DNA of 64,000 nucleotides from Leptothrix sp. (in: b-proteobacteria). Lineage in GTDB: Bacteria > Pseudomonadota > Gammaproteobacteria > Burkholderiales > Burkholderiaceae_C. The translations under genes were made by a program, and so were the position numbers. The notes under the pieces are model-generated. The model was not told the origin of the DNA. It saw nothing but the letters and a program-made list of their open reading frames with translations, and searched no databases. The DNA lies in NCBI GenBank assembly GCA_013822265.1, contig PNKD01000004.1, positions 9,183 to 73,182 of the forward strand, written 5' to 3'. Positions within the stretch are counted from its first letter, which is position 1; the number at the start of each line of letters is the position of its first letter. Positions 21,807 to 31,388 of the stretch are shown here, one piece after another.

Positions 21807-22424
21807 ATGCAACCGACCATCGAATGGCTGCCCGCGAGCGGCCACGCCGAGCAACTCATCCTGCTGCTGCACGGGCGCGGAGAACGCGCCCAGGCGATGG
21901 CGCCGCTGGCGCTGGCGCTGCGTGCAGCCTTTGCGCAGGCGGCAGTGCTGGCCCCCGATGCGCCGTGGACAGAGGCCGAAACGCCCGCGGTCCTGCCCGA
22001 CCTGCTGCAGTGGGTGCACGTGCAGCAGCAGCGCGTGGGCGTGGGCGCGCCGGCCACGGCGCTGGGCGGTTGCGGGCACGGCGCCGTGCTGGCGCTGGCG
22101 CTGGCGCTGCAGCACGATGGCATCGCCGGCCGCGTGCTGGCTTTCGGTGCTGCCCTGGGCACACCGCCGCAGGCCGCGCCTCGGCACAGCACGCTGCATT
22201 TCTTCCATGGTGAAGCCGACCCCGTGATGCCCGTGGCCGGTGCGCGGCAGGCGCTGCGCGTGATGGGCGAACTGCAGGGCGACGCCACGCTGGACGTCGT
22301 CGTCGGCGTCGGCCACGGACTGCACCCGGCGCTGATCGACTGCGCGCTGCACCGGCTGAAGACCCACATCCCGCTGCGCACCTGGCAGGCCGCGCTGGGC
22401 GCCGCGCGCGACCTGAAGACCTGA
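21807..22424 (+). CDS. Phospholipase/carboxylesterase-family protein lacking the catalytic Ser
   Basis: LLHG, APDAP, FHGEADPV and GHG motifs; nucleophile elbow reads GCGHG. Confidence 0.75.
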   Translation: MQPTIEWLPASGHAEQLILLLHGRGERAQAMAPLALALRAAFAQAAVLAPDAPWTEAETPAVLPDLLQWVHVQQQRVGVGAPATALGGCGHGAVLALALALQHDGIAGRVLAFGAALGTPPQAAPRHSTLHFFHGEADPVMPVAGARQALRVMGELQGDATLDVVVGVGHGLHPALIDCALHRLKTHIPLRTWQAALGAARDLKT

Positions 22425-22450
22425 AGACCTGAAGACCCGAAGACCTCGAA
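22411..22450 (+). repeat. 8-bp tandem repeat (ACCTGAAG)x3 plus two degenerate copies
   Basis: Read directly: acctgaag acctgaag acctgaag acccgaag acctcgaa. Confidence 0.9.
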
Positions 22451-22455
22451 CTCCC

Positions 22456-23259
22456 ATGCTGTTCCTGCTCTCCCCCGCCAAGACCCTGGACTACGACACG
22501 CCGGTGCCCGCGCCGCTGCGCCGCAAGGCCACCGAGCCCGAACACGCCGCGCGCGCGGCCGAACTCATCGCCGTGCTGCGCCGCAAGACGCCGGCCCAGG
22601 TGGCCGGGCTGATGGACCTGTCGGACACGCTGGCCGCGCTCAACGTGGCGCGTTACCGCGCCTGGCAGCCGCAGGCCACGCCGGCCAACAGCAAGCCGGC
22701 GGTGCTGGCCTTTGCCGGCGACGTCTACGACGGGCTGGACGCCCAGTCGCTGACCACGGCCGACCTCGGCTGGGCGCAGCGCCACCTCGTGATCCTGTCG
22801 GGGCTTTACGGCGCATTGCGACCGCTCGACCGCCTGCAGCCCTACCGGCTCGAGATGGGTACCGCGCTGGCCACGCCGTCGGGCAAGGACCTCTATGCCT
22901 TCTGGGGCGACACGGTGGCCGAGCACCTCAACCGCCTGCAGGCCGACGCGGCCGCGCCGGTGGTGGTGAACCTGGCGTCCGTCGAATACGCGCGCGCGGC
23001 GCTGCGCCCGGCGCTGCGCGCCCGCGTCGTCGATTGCGTGTTCGAGGAGGTGCGCGACGGCCGCCCGCGCATCATCAGTTTTTTCGCCAAGAAGGCGCGT
23101 GGGCTGATGGCGCGCCACGCCATCCGGCAGCGCGTGCGCAGCGTGCGCCAGCTCGAGGCCTTCGATGCCGACGGCTACGCGCTCGACCGCGCCGCCTCGG
23201 CGCCGAACCGCCTGGTGTTCAGGCGCAGCGCCGTCGGCCCCACCGAAGCGCAGGCCTGA
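22456..23259 (+). CDS. yaaA: Peroxide stress protein YaaA (DUF328)
   Basis: LSPAKTLDY, GDVYDGLD, LSGLYGALRPLD, NLASVEY, AKKARGLMAR. Confidence 0.93.
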   Translation: MLFLLSPAKTLDYDTPVPAPLRRKATEPEHAARAAELIAVLRRKTPAQVAGLMDLSDTLAALNVARYRAWQPQATPANSKPAVLAFAGDVYDGLDAQSLTTADLGWAQRHLVILSGLYGALRPLDRLQPYRLEMGTALATPSGKDLYAFWGDTVAEHLNRLQADAAAPVVVNLASVEYARAALRPALRARVVDCVFEEVRDGRPRIISFFAKKARGLMARHAIRQRVRSVRQLEAFDADGYALDRAASAPNRLVFRRSAVGPTEAQA

Positions 23260-23327
23260 ACCGCAAGCCCGGGCGCCGTGCCCGGGCGTTGACCACGCCG
23301 CAAAGGGGCCTGCGTCAGAATGGAGCC

Positions 23328-24191
23328 ATGAGCACTGCCACCCAGATCGTCACCGACGACCTGCGACGCTGGATCGTCGCCCAGGCCGAGGCCGGCTGCC
23401 GCCCCGACGACGTGCTGGCGGCGATGAAGACCAGCGGCTGGGACGAGGACGTGGCCCTGGAGGCGATGGAAGAGACGCTGCGCCAGCGCCTGGACGAACT
23501 GGGCCCGCGACCGGTCGTTCCGCTGCTGCCGGCGGTGCCGGTGCCCGAGCCGGCGGCGGGTGGCGCCTGCGAGTTGCTGCTGTCCGACGGCCACCGCGTG
23601 CGCCTGCTGACCACGATGGGCCTGCCGCGCGTGGTGGTCTTCGGCGGGCTGCTCAGCGACGCCGAGTGCGAGGCGCTGATGGCGCTGGCCGCGCCGCGGC
23701 TGGTGCGCTCGGAGACTGTCGACAACGACACCGGCGGCAGCGAGGTCAATGCCGCACGCACCAGCGACGGCATGTTCTTCGAGCGCGGCGAAGCGCCGCT
23801 GATCCAGGCCATCGAGGCCCGCATTGCCGAGCTGCTGCACTGGCCGCTGGACCACGGCGAGGGCCTGCAGGTGCTGCGCTACCGGCCCGGTGCCGAGTAC
23901 AAGCCGCACCACGACTACTTCGACCCCGCGCACGCCGGCACGGCCAGCATCCTCAAGCGCGGCGGCCAGCGCGTGGGCACGCTGGTGATGTACCTGAACA
24001 CGCCCGAGGGCGGCGGCGCCACCACCTTCCCCGATGTCGGGCTGGAAGTGGCGCCGGTGCGCGGCAACGCGGTGTTCTTCAGCTACGACCGCGCCCACGC
24101 CAGCACCAAGACGCTGCACGGCGGCGCGCCGGTGACGGCGGGCGAGAAGTGGGTCGCCACCAAGTGGCTGCGCGAGGGTGTCTTCGCCTGA
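23328..24191 (+). CDS. 2OG-Fe(II) oxygenase, prolyl 4-hydroxylase-like
   Basis: RTSDGMF, QVLRY, YKPHHDYF (HxD), TLHGG, KWVATKW. Confidence 0.88.
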   Translation: MSTATQIVTDDLRRWIVAQAEAGCRPDDVLAAMKTSGWDEDVALEAMEETLRQRLDELGPRPVVPLLPAVPVPEPAAGGACELLLSDGHRVRLLTTMGLPRVVVFGGLLSDAECEALMALAAPRLVRSETVDNDTGGSEVNAARTSDGMFFERGEAPLIQAIEARIAELLHWPLDHGEGLQVLRYRPGAEYKPHHDYFDPAHAGTASILKRGGQRVGTLVMYLNTPEGGGATTFPDVGLEVAPVRGNAVFFSYDRAHASTKTLHGGAPVTAGEKWVATKWLREGVFA

Positions 24192-24216
24192 CGGCGCCGC
24201 CCCCCCCGTCAGTGCC

Positions 24217-25569
24217 TCAAAGCGTCACGCACTCCCCCAGCGCCGGCACGCGTGCCTCCCAGCCCAGCTCGTTGCGGATGGCCGCGCGCAGGCTGTCGGC
24301 GGCGTCGGGCTCGCCGTGCACGACAAAGGTCTGCCGGGGCGCTTGCTGCATCTTGGCCAGCCAGGCCAGCAGGCCGGCGCGGTCGGCGTGGGCCGAGAAG
24401 CCCGCCAGCTGCTGCACCTCGGCGCGCACGGGCACCATCTCGCCGTGGATCTTCACCGCCGGCTCGCCAGCCAGCAGGCGTGCGCCGCGGCTGCCGCCGA
24501 CCTGGAAGCCGGGCAGCACGATGCTGTTGCGGGCGTCGGGCGCACGCGCCTTGAGGTGGTGCAGCACGCGCCCGCCGGTGGCCATGCCGCTGGCCGAGAT
24601 GATCACCGCCGGGTAGCGCGCCGCCGCCAGGCGCACCGATTGCTGCACCGTCGTGACCATGCGCACGCCGTCGCACAGCGACTCGAGCTCGCGCGGCGGC
24701 ACGCGCAGCAGCCTGCCGTAGCGGCGGTACAGCGCGGTGGCCTCGACGGCCATCGGGCTGTCGACGAACACCGGCAGCTGCGCCGGTATCGCGCCCGCGG
24801 CCTTCAGCCGCTGCAGCACCAGCAGCAGCGCCTGTGCGCGGCCGACCGCGAACGAGGGCATCAGCACCGAGCCGCCGCGCTGCACCGTGCGGCTGATGAC
24901 CTCTGCCAGCAGCGGCGCGTTGTCTTCGGTGGGGTGCAGGCGGTTGCCGTAGGTCGATTCGACGAGCATCACGTCGGCCGGCGGCGGCGGCTTGGGCGGC
25001 GGCATCAGCAGATCGTGTTCGCGGCCGAGGTCGCCCGAGAACGCCAGGCGCACGTCGCCGTCGTCCACCAGCACCGAGCAGGCGCCCAGCAGGTGGCCCA
25101 CCGGCGTCAGCCTGACCTTGCTGCGGCCCAGCATGAGTGTGCGGCCGGGCTCCAGCGGCACCAGCTGCGACAGCGCGCGCTGCGCGTCGGCCTTGGTGTA
25201 GAGCGGCAGCGCCTTGGCGTGGCGGCTGTAGCCGTAGCGGTTGGCGCGCCGCGCGTCTTCTTCCTGCAGGTGGGCGCTGTCGAGCAGCATCACCTCGGCC
25301 AGCGCGCAGGTGGCGGGGCTGGCGTGGATGGCGCCGCGGAAGCCGTGTTTCACCAGCGCCGGCAGCCAGCCGCTGTGGTCGATGTGGGCGTGGCTCAGCA
25401 GCACGGCGTCGACGTCGCGCAGCTCGGCCGGCATGACCCAGTTGCGTTCGCGGTGCAGCTTCCAGCCCTGGAACAGGCCGCAGTCGAGCAGGATGCGGCG
25501 GTCTTCGGTCTGCACCAGGTGGCGCGAACCGGTGACGCCGTCGACGGCGCCGAGAAACTGGACCTTCAT
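24217..25569 (-). CDS. MBL-fold metallo-hydrolase, beta-CASP RNase-type
   Basis: DCGLFQG, SHAHIDHSG, VESTYG, SGMATGGR, FSAHAD. Confidence 0.9.
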   Translation of the reverse strand: MKVQFLGAVDGVTGSRHLVQTEDRRILLDCGLFQGWKLHRERNWVMPAELRDVDAVLLSHAHIDHSGWLPALVKHGFRGAIHASPATCALAEVMLLDSAHLQEEDARRANRYGYSRHAKALPLYTKADAQRALSQLVPLEPGRTLMLGRSKVRLTPVGHLLGACSVLVDDGDVRLAFSGDLGREHDLLMPPPKPPPPADVMLVESTYGNRLHPTEDNAPLLAEVISRTVQRGGSVLMPSFAVGRAQALLLVLQRLKAAGAIPAQLPVFVDSPMAVEATALYRRYGRLLRVPPRELESLCDGVRMVTTVQQSVRLAAARYPAVIISASGMATGGRVLHHLKARAPDARNSIVLPGFQVGGSRGARLLAGEPAVKIHGEMVPVRAEVQQLAGFSAHADRAGLLAWLAKMQQAPRQTFVVHGEPDAADSLRAAIRNELGWEARVPALGECVTL

Positions 25570-25809
25570 CGACGGCCTCCGAGGGCAGCCAATGCCGCCG
25601 AATCGAGAATGCGCAGGCCGGACCTCGCCACGTCCCGGCGGTCGGCCGCAGCGTCGCCGGAAATGCGCCCGCAGGCCCTCCCGCTCCCGGGCCTCGGCAG
25701 AGTAGTCCTGGTGAACGGTCGCGGCATCGTCTGCACAGCCTAGCGCAAGCCGGTGGCGCGGCATTGCGATGGGTCAGCGTCGGCCGCGGGTGCCGAGGAG
25801 CGGCACCCG

Positions 25810-26847
25810 TCAGGCCGGCGCCGGGTGGCGTGCGCGCAGCGCCTGGGCCTCGCCGGCGTGGCCCAGACCGGCCAGCACGACGGCCAGGTTGTGCGCTGCC
25901 AGCCAGCTGCCGCGGCCCGCCACCGCCCCCGAGAGGCCGGGTTGCTCGCCGATCTCCAGGCAGCGCTGCCAGGCCTGTTGCGCCATCGGCAGCACCTCGC
26001 CGGCCAGCGACGGCGCTTCGGCGGCCCAGTCGAGCAGCAGGTCGCCCAGCGCAAAGAAGAAATCGGGCGAACCGGCGTGGGCGTCGAGCCCGGTCTGCGC
26101 GAAGTCCAGGCCCTCGGCGTGGCGGCCGGTCTTCTTCAGGCTGAAGAGCAGCCGCGTGGCGAGGTCGTGGCGCCAGGCCGGGTGGTCGCTGCACAGCGCG
26201 TCGGCGCGCTGCAGCGCGTGGGCGGCCGCGTCGTGCTCGTCGTAGACGGCGCAGTCCTTGCCGAGTTGGTACCAGAGGTAGGCGTCGTCCGGTCGCTGGG
26301 CCAGTTCGGCCTGCAGCAGGCGGCGATTGCGGCCGCGCTTGGCGGCGCGCCGCTCGGCGCCGTAGCCGTCGTGTCCGACGCGCAGCGCCAGCCGGCGCAC
26401 GGCCAGGCCATGCTGCGGCTGCTCGTGCACGCGGCCGGCGTAACGCACGCTGCCCGGCAGCACGCGGCTGAGCCACAACTGCGACGTGGTGGCGGCGTCG
26501 GCCTGGTCGAGCAGATGCAGCGCGCCCACGAACCCGGGCGCGGTCTCGCGCAGGGCTTGCAACACCTCGCCGCCATCGATCAGCCACTCGTCGGCGTCGA
26601 GCACGACATGCCAGTCGGCCGCTGCGAGTGCCAGCGAGGCGTTGCGTGCCGCTGCGAAGTCGTCGCACCAGGTGAAGTGCTCGACGCGCGCGCCGTGGCG
26701 TCGCGCCCGGGCTGCGGTGCCGTCCAGCGAGCCGGTGTCCAGCACCAGCATCTCGTCGACCCAGGGCGCCACGCTGGCCAGCAGGCGGCCGATGCGCGGC
26801 GCCTCGTCGCGCGCGATCACGGCCAGGGTGATGCTGTAGCGGGCCAT
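25810..26847 (-). CDS. Glycosyltransferase family 2 with TPR-like C-terminus
   Basis: IARDEA, VLDTGSLDGT, DFAAARN, LDADE, GRVHEQ; starts 1 nt after the fliR stop. Confidence 0.85.
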   Translation of the reverse strand: MARYSITLAVIARDEAPRIGRLLASVAPWVDEMLVLDTGSLDGTAARARRHGARVEHFTWCDDFAAARNASLALAAADWHVVLDADEWLIDGGEVLQALRETAPGFVGALHLLDQADAATTSQLWLSRVLPGSVRYAGRVHEQPQHGLAVRRLALRVGHDGYGAERRAAKRGRNRRLLQAELAQRPDDAYLWYQLGKDCAVYDEHDAAAHALQRADALCSDHPAWRHDLATRLLFSLKKTGRHAEGLDFAQTGLDAHAGSPDFFFALGDLLLDWAAEAPSLAGEVLPMAQQAWQRCLEIGEQPGLSGAVAGRGSWLAAHNLAVVLAGLGHAGEAQALRARHPAPA

Positions 26848-26848
26848 C

Positions 26849-27625
26849 TCAGCGGAACTGCACCAGCAGCCGCTCCAGCGCCATGGTGAACGGCTGCTGC
26901 ATCAGCGGCAGCGTCATCACCAGGCCGAACAGGCCCACGCCCAGCGTCACCGGGAAGCCGATGGCGAAGATGTTGATCTGCGGCGCGACGCGCGAGATCG
27001 TGCCCAGCACCAGGTTGATGAACAGCAGCATGGTCACCAGCGGCAGCGCGATCCACAGCCCGGTGCCGAAGATCTCGGCGCCCCAGCGCTGCGGCTGCAT
27101 CTGGTGCAGGAAGGCAAAGGGCTCGGGGCCGACGGGGAAGGCGGAAAAGCTCTGCACCAGCGCCGCGATCACCAGCAGGTGACCATTCATGACGATGAAC
27201 AACCACGCCACCATGGTGCCGAAGAGCCGGCTGGTGGCGGTGGCGGTGCTGGCCGACAACGGGTCGAAGAAGCCGGCGAAGTTCAGCCCCATCTGCAGGC
27301 CGATGATCTCGCCGGCGAACTCGACCGCCGCGAAGACCACCCGCACCGCAAAGCCCAGGCTGAGGCCGATGACCACTTGCTGCAGCACCAGCAGCAGCAT
27401 GGCCTGCGCGGCGTCCAGCGGCGTCGCCGCCACGGCGGGCGCCAGCGGCGGCAGGCTCTCTTGCGCGGCGATGGCCAGGAAGGCCGCGAGCCCGATGCGC
27501 ACGCGCATCGGCACGGTGCGCGCGCCAAGCACCGGCAACGCCTGGAACAGCGCCAGCGCGCGCAGGAAGGGCCACAGCAGCGGCGTCATCCAGGCCAGGA
27601 TCTGCGCTTCGGTGAAGCTGATCAT
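26849..27625 (-). CDS. fliR: Flagellar biosynthesis protein FliR
   Basis: AGEIIGLQMGLNFA, RVAPQINIFAIGFP; operon position. Confidence 0.95.
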   Translation of the reverse strand: MISFTEAQILAWMTPLLWPFLRALALFQALPVLGARTVPMRVRIGLAAFLAIAAQESLPPLAPAVAATPLDAAQAMLLLVLQQVVIGLSLGFAVRVVFAAVEFAGEIIGLQMGLNFAGFFDPLSASTATATSRLFGTMVAWLFIVMNGHLLVIAALVQSFSAFPVGPEPFAFLHQMQPQRWGAEIFGTGLWIALPLVTMLLFINLVLGTISRVAPQINIFAIGFPVTLGVGLFGLVMTLPLMQQPFTMALERLLVQFR

Positions 27626-27674
27626 CGACCCGCCGCCATCGCCGCCGCCAACGCCTCCGGCATCACCACCGCCA

Positions 27675-27944
27675 TCAGCCGACCATGCTGGGGATGGCCG
27701 TCAAGGTGCCGCGTATGAACTCGACCAGGCTGCCAAGCATCCACGGCCCGGCGATGGCCAGCACGGCGGCGGCGGCCACCACCTTGGGTACGAAGCTCAG
27801 CGTGGCCTCGTTGATCTGCGTGGCAGCCTGGAAGATGCTGACCACCAGGCCCACCAGCAGCACCGTCAGCAGCACAGGCGCGCTGATCATCAGCAGCATC
27901 ATCAGGCCGTTCTGGCCCGTGCTCAGGACTTGTTGTGTATCCAT
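27675..27944 (-). CDS. fliQ: Flagellar biosynthesis protein FliQ
   Basis: FQAATQINEATLSFVPK. Confidence 0.95.
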   Translation of the reverse strand: MDTQQVLSTGQNGLMMLLMISAPVLLTVLLVGLVVSIFQAATQINEATLSFVPKVVAAAAVLAIAGPWMLGSLVEFIRGTLTAIPSMVG

Positions 27945-27957
27945 GCAGACCTACCGG

Positions 27958-28728
27958 CTAGGTGGCAAACGAGGCGGCCAGCGAGCCGAGCAGCAGGTTC
28001 CAGCCGTCGGCCAGCACGAAGAGCATGAGCTTGAAGGGCAGGGCCACCAGCACCGGGCTCAGCATCACCATGCCCAGGCTCATCAGCACGCTGGCCACGA
28101 TCATGTCGATCACCAGGAAGGGGATGAAGATCATGAAGCCGATCTGGAAGGCGCTCTTCAGCTCGCTGGTGACGAAGGCCGGCACCAGCACCGTCAGCGG
28201 CACGTCTTCGCCCTTCATGTCGTCGGGCAGCTTGGCCAGGTTGCGGAACAGCTGCACGTCGCTCTGGCGCGTCTGCTTGAGCATCCAGGTGCGCAGCGGC
28301 GCCACACCTTCCTTGAGCGCCTGGTCCGCCGCCATCGTGCCGGCGGCGTAGGGGGCGTAGGCCTTCTCGTAGACCTGGTCGAAGGTCGGCGCCATGACGA
28401 AGAAGGTGAGGAACAGGCTCAGGCCGACGATCACCTGGTTGGGCGGCGAGGCCTGCGTGCCCAGCGCCTGGCGCAGCAGGCTGAGCACGATGACGATGCG
28501 CGTGAAGGCCGTCATCAGCAGCAGCACCGCCGGCAGGAAGCTCAACGCGGTGAAGAACAGCAGCGTCTGGATGGGCACCGAGTAGCTGGTGCCGCCCGGG
28601 CCCTGGCCGATGACCAGCGGCAGGCTGCCGCCTTGCTGCGCGAAGGCGCTGCCCGCGGCCAGCAGCATCAGCAGGGCCGCGGCCAACAGCCGCGGTGTAC
28701 GGTGCGCGGCGGCGGGTTCAGCGCGCAT
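27958..28728 (-). CDS. fliP: Flagellar biosynthesis protein FliP
   Basis: MTAFTRIVIVL, PPNQV, SELKSAFQIGF, LPFKLMLFVLADGW. Confidence 0.96.
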   Translation of the reverse strand: MRAEPAAAHRTPRLLAAALLMLLAAGSAFAQQGGSLPLVIGQGPGGTSYSVPIQTLLFFTALSFLPAVLLLMTAFTRIVIVLSLLRQALGTQASPPNQVIVGLSLFLTFFVMAPTFDQVYEKAYAPYAAGTMAADQALKEGVAPLRTWMLKQTRQSDVQLFRNLAKLPDDMKGEDVPLTVLVPAFVTSELKSAFQIGFMIFIPFLVIDMIVASVLMSLGMVMLSPVLVALPFKLMLFVLADGWNLLLGSLAASFAT

Positions 28729-29086
28729 CGGGGCCTTCCGGGGCGGAGCCGCCGCGAAGCCGCGTCAGCAACTGCGCGAAGGTGGCGGCGGGCTGCGGTG
28801 CCGTGCCCTCGGGCGCTGCCGGCACCGTCTGCGCGGCCATGGTGTGCAGGGTGCGGATGCCTTGCGGCGACACGCCCAGCACCAGCCACAGCCGGTCTTC
28901 GCCCTGGCCCACTTCGACGGTGACGAGCTTGTGCTGCGCCGACAGCGGCAGCACCGCCACCGGGCGCGGCGCGCCGGCGGCACCGCCGCCACCGGCGATG
29001 GGCGTGCGCTTGAGCAGCCACAGCACGGCCGGGATCGCGGCCACGATGGCGACGAACCAGAGCAGCGAGGCGTAGTTCAGGGGCAT
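28718..29086 (-). CDS. fliO: Flagellar biosynthesis protein FliO
   Basis: Single TM, then 'LPLSAQHKLVTVEVG...LVLGVS'; between fliN and fliP. Confidence 0.85.
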   Translation of the reverse strand: MPLNYASLLWFVAIVAAIPAVLWLLKRTPIAGGGGAAGAPRPVAVLPLSAQHKLVTVEVGQGEDRLWLVLGVSPQGIRTLHTMAAQTVPAAPEGTAPQPAATFAQLLTRLRGGSAPEGPDAR

Positions 29087-29102
29087 GGTGTCGACGATGA
29101 CC

Positions 29103-29552
29103 TCAGGACGAGCGGGACAGCCGGCGCATGCGCTCGCTGGGCGTCACGATGTCGGTCAGGCGGATGCCGAACTTGTCGTTGACCACCACCACCTCGCCCT
29201 GGGCGATGAGGTAGCCGTTGACGAGTACGTCCATGGGCTCGCCGGCCAGGGTCTCGAGCTCCACCACCGAGCCCTGCGCCAACTGCAGGATGTGCTTGAT
29301 CGGGATGCGCGTGCGGCCCAGTTCAACGGTCAGCTGGACGGGGATGTCCAGGATCATGTTGATGTCGTTGCCGGTGCCGGTGGTGATGGCCTGCGCGGAC
29401 TGGAAGTTGGTGAACTGCGCCGGGGCCACGGTCTCGGTGGGGCCGGCCAGTTCGCTGGCCACTTCGGTGCCGCCCTTGGTCTCGGACAGCGCGGCGGCCC
29501 ACTCGGCGGCCATGCGGTCCTCTTCGGACATGGCGGGATCGGTGTCAGACAT
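29103..29552 (-). CDS. fliN: Flagellar motor switch protein FliN
   Basis: ILDIPVQLTVELGRT...GEVVVVNDKFGIRLT. Confidence 0.96.
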   Translation of the reverse strand: MSDTDPAMSEEDRMAAEWAAALSETKGGTEVASELAGPTETVAPAQFTNFQSAQAITTGTGNDINMILDIPVQLTVELGRTRIPIKHILQLAQGSVVELETLAGEPMDVLVNGYLIAQGEVVVVNDKFGIRLTDIVTPSERMRRLSRSS

Positions 29553-29612
29553 TGGGGTTCTCCAGAACGGGGGCGTGCCGCAGGGCCGTCGCCGGTGTCG
29601 GGCGGGCGGGCT

Positions 29613-30608
29613 TCATTGCTCGGAAATCCAGGACAGGTTCGAGCCCGTCAGCAGGCGATCGATCTTGATCGAGTAGCGGTTGTTGCTGGTGCCGTAGTGG
29701 GCGTCGAACACGGGCACGCCGGAGACCTTGGCCTTGATCATCGGGTCGAGGTCGAGCTCGATGAAGTCGCCGGGCTTGAACGACAGCAGCTGCTCGACGG
29801 TGGCGCCGGCATGCGCCAGCTCGGCCACCAGCTCGACCTCGGCGGCCTGGATCTGGTGCTTGAGCAGGTTGACCCAGCGGCGGTCGGGCTCGACGCTGTC
29901 GCCCTGGATGGTGCTGTACAGCGTGTCGCGTATCGGCTCCAGCGTGCTGTAGGGGATGCAGAAGTGCACCGTGCCGCTGGTCTCGCCGATCTCCAGCGTG
30001 AAGCTGGTGGCCACGACGATCTCGCTGGGCGTGGCGATGCTGGCGAACTGCGGCTGCATCTCGCTGCGCTGGTACTCCAGCTCGACGGGGTAGATGCCGG
30101 TCCAGGCCTTCTTGTACTCGGCGGTGATGACCTCGATCAGGCGCAGGATGACGCGCAGCTCGGTGGGGCTGAAGTCGCGACCCTCGATGCGGGTGTGGAA
30201 CTTGCCGATGCCGCCGAACAGCGAGTCGATGACGGCGAACACCAGGCTGGGGTCGCAGACGATGAGGCCGCTGCCGCGCAGCGGCTTGACGTTGACGATG
30301 TTGAAGTTCGTCGGCACCACGATCTCGCGCAGGAAGGCGCTGAACTTCTGCACCTTGATGCCGCCGATGGCCACCTCGGGGCTCTTGCGGATGAAGTTGA
30401 AGAGCCCGATGCGGATGTTGCGGGCGAAGCGCTCGTTGATGACCTCCATCGTCGGCATGCGGCCGCGGACGATGCGTTCCTGGCTCGCCAGGTCGTAGTC
30501 GCGCACGCCGGCCGTCGGCGCCTCATCCTGCTCGAGCTTCTGGCTTTCGCCGGTGATGCCCTGCAGCAGCGCGTCGACTTCGTCTTGCGAAAGAATTTGC
30601 TGGTTCAT
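29613..30608 (-). CDS. fliM: Flagellar motor switch protein FliM
   Basis: LSQDEVDALL N-terminus; RGRMPTMEVINERFAR. Confidence 0.96.
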   Translation of the reverse strand: MNQQILSQDEVDALLQGITGESQKLEQDEAPTAGVRDYDLASQERIVRGRMPTMEVINERFARNIRIGLFNFIRKSPEVAIGGIKVQKFSAFLREIVVPTNFNIVNVKPLRGSGLIVCDPSLVFAVIDSLFGGIGKFHTRIEGRDFSPTELRVILRLIEVITAEYKKAWTGIYPVELEYQRSEMQPQFASIATPSEIVVATSFTLEIGETSGTVHFCIPYSTLEPIRDTLYSTIQGDSVEPDRRWVNLLKHQIQAAEVELVAELAHAGATVEQLLSFKPGDFIELDLDPMIKAKVSGVPVFDAHYGTSNNRYSIKIDRLLTGSNLSWISEQ

Positions 30609-30681
30609 TTCAGCCGAGGTACATGATTTGGCCGACCAAGCTTCCCGCCGCGGATCCGGCTCCGCCGGTCCGTCGGCGGAC

Positions 30682-30798
30682 GGCCCCCCTGGGGGGGTGA
30701 GCCGGCGCCGAGCCAGCGCCTGCGCGCTGGCGAGTGGCCGACGAACGCCTGGCCGCCTGCAAGCGGCCAGGCAGCGAGCGCAAGCGAGCTTGGGGGCC
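30682..30798. repeat. REP-like palindromic element (expanded copy) between fliL and fliM
   Basis: GGCCCCCCT-GGGGGGGTGAGC...GCGAGCGCAAGCGAGCTTGGGGGCC with internal hairpin CCTGGCCGC/GCGGCCAGG; related to 56599-56638. Confidence 0.55.
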
Positions 30799-30803
30799 TA
30801 CGT

Positions 30804-31388
30804 TCACTGGATGATGAAGTTCGAGAAGTGGACGGCCTTGATGGGCAGCACCTGGGCGACCTTTTTCTTTTTCTTCTTCTTGGACTTCGGCGCCTCGTCC
30901 TCGTCGGCCGCGGCCTCTTCGTCGTCGATCTCCAAGCCCAGCGCCCGCGAGGCCTCCTTGCGCACCTTCTCGGCCAGCTGCAGCTTGCCGTTGCGGTCGA
31001 TCAGATCGGCCGCCGAGCGGTCGGCGATGGCCATCAGGATGTTGTTGCGGATGGCCGGCATGAAGGACTTGATCTGGTCGCCGACCTTGGGGTCGCTGAT
31101 CTCCAGCGTGATGCCGACCTGGGCGTAGCGCTCGGCGTCGCGGTCGGCCAGGTTCACGGTGAACGGGTCCAGCGGCACGAACACCGGCACGACCTTGGGG
31201 TCGCGTTGCACGGCGGCCACTTCGGCGTCGCCGTCCTCGCCTTCGGCCTGGGCCGGCTTCTTCTTCAGCAGCATCATCGCGGCGACGCCGCCGACGGCCA
31301 GCACGAGCACGGCCACGGCGACCATGATGATGAGCTTCTTCTTGCCCTGGGCGGGCGCCGGTGTGTCGGCGGTGGCGGTGTTGGCCAT
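30804..31388 (-). CDS. fliL: Flagellar basal body protein FliL
   Basis: N-terminal TM; FVPLDPFTVNLAD; C-terminal FSNFIIQ. Confidence 0.93.
   Translation of the reverse strand: MANTATADTPAPAQGKKKLIIMVAVAVLVLAVGGVAAMMLLKKKPAQAEGEDGDAEVAAVQRDPKVVPVFVPLDPFTVNLADRDAERYAQVGITLEISDPKVGDQIKSFMPAIRNNILMAIADRSAADLIDRNGKLQLAEKVRKEASRALGLEIDDEEAAADEDEAPKSKKKKKKKVAQVLPIKAVHFSNFIIQ

Noticed and set aside
22411-22450. Short direct repeats as a possible CRISPR array
   Set aside because: 8-bp units with no spacers; no cas genes or repeat-spacer structure anywhere in the window
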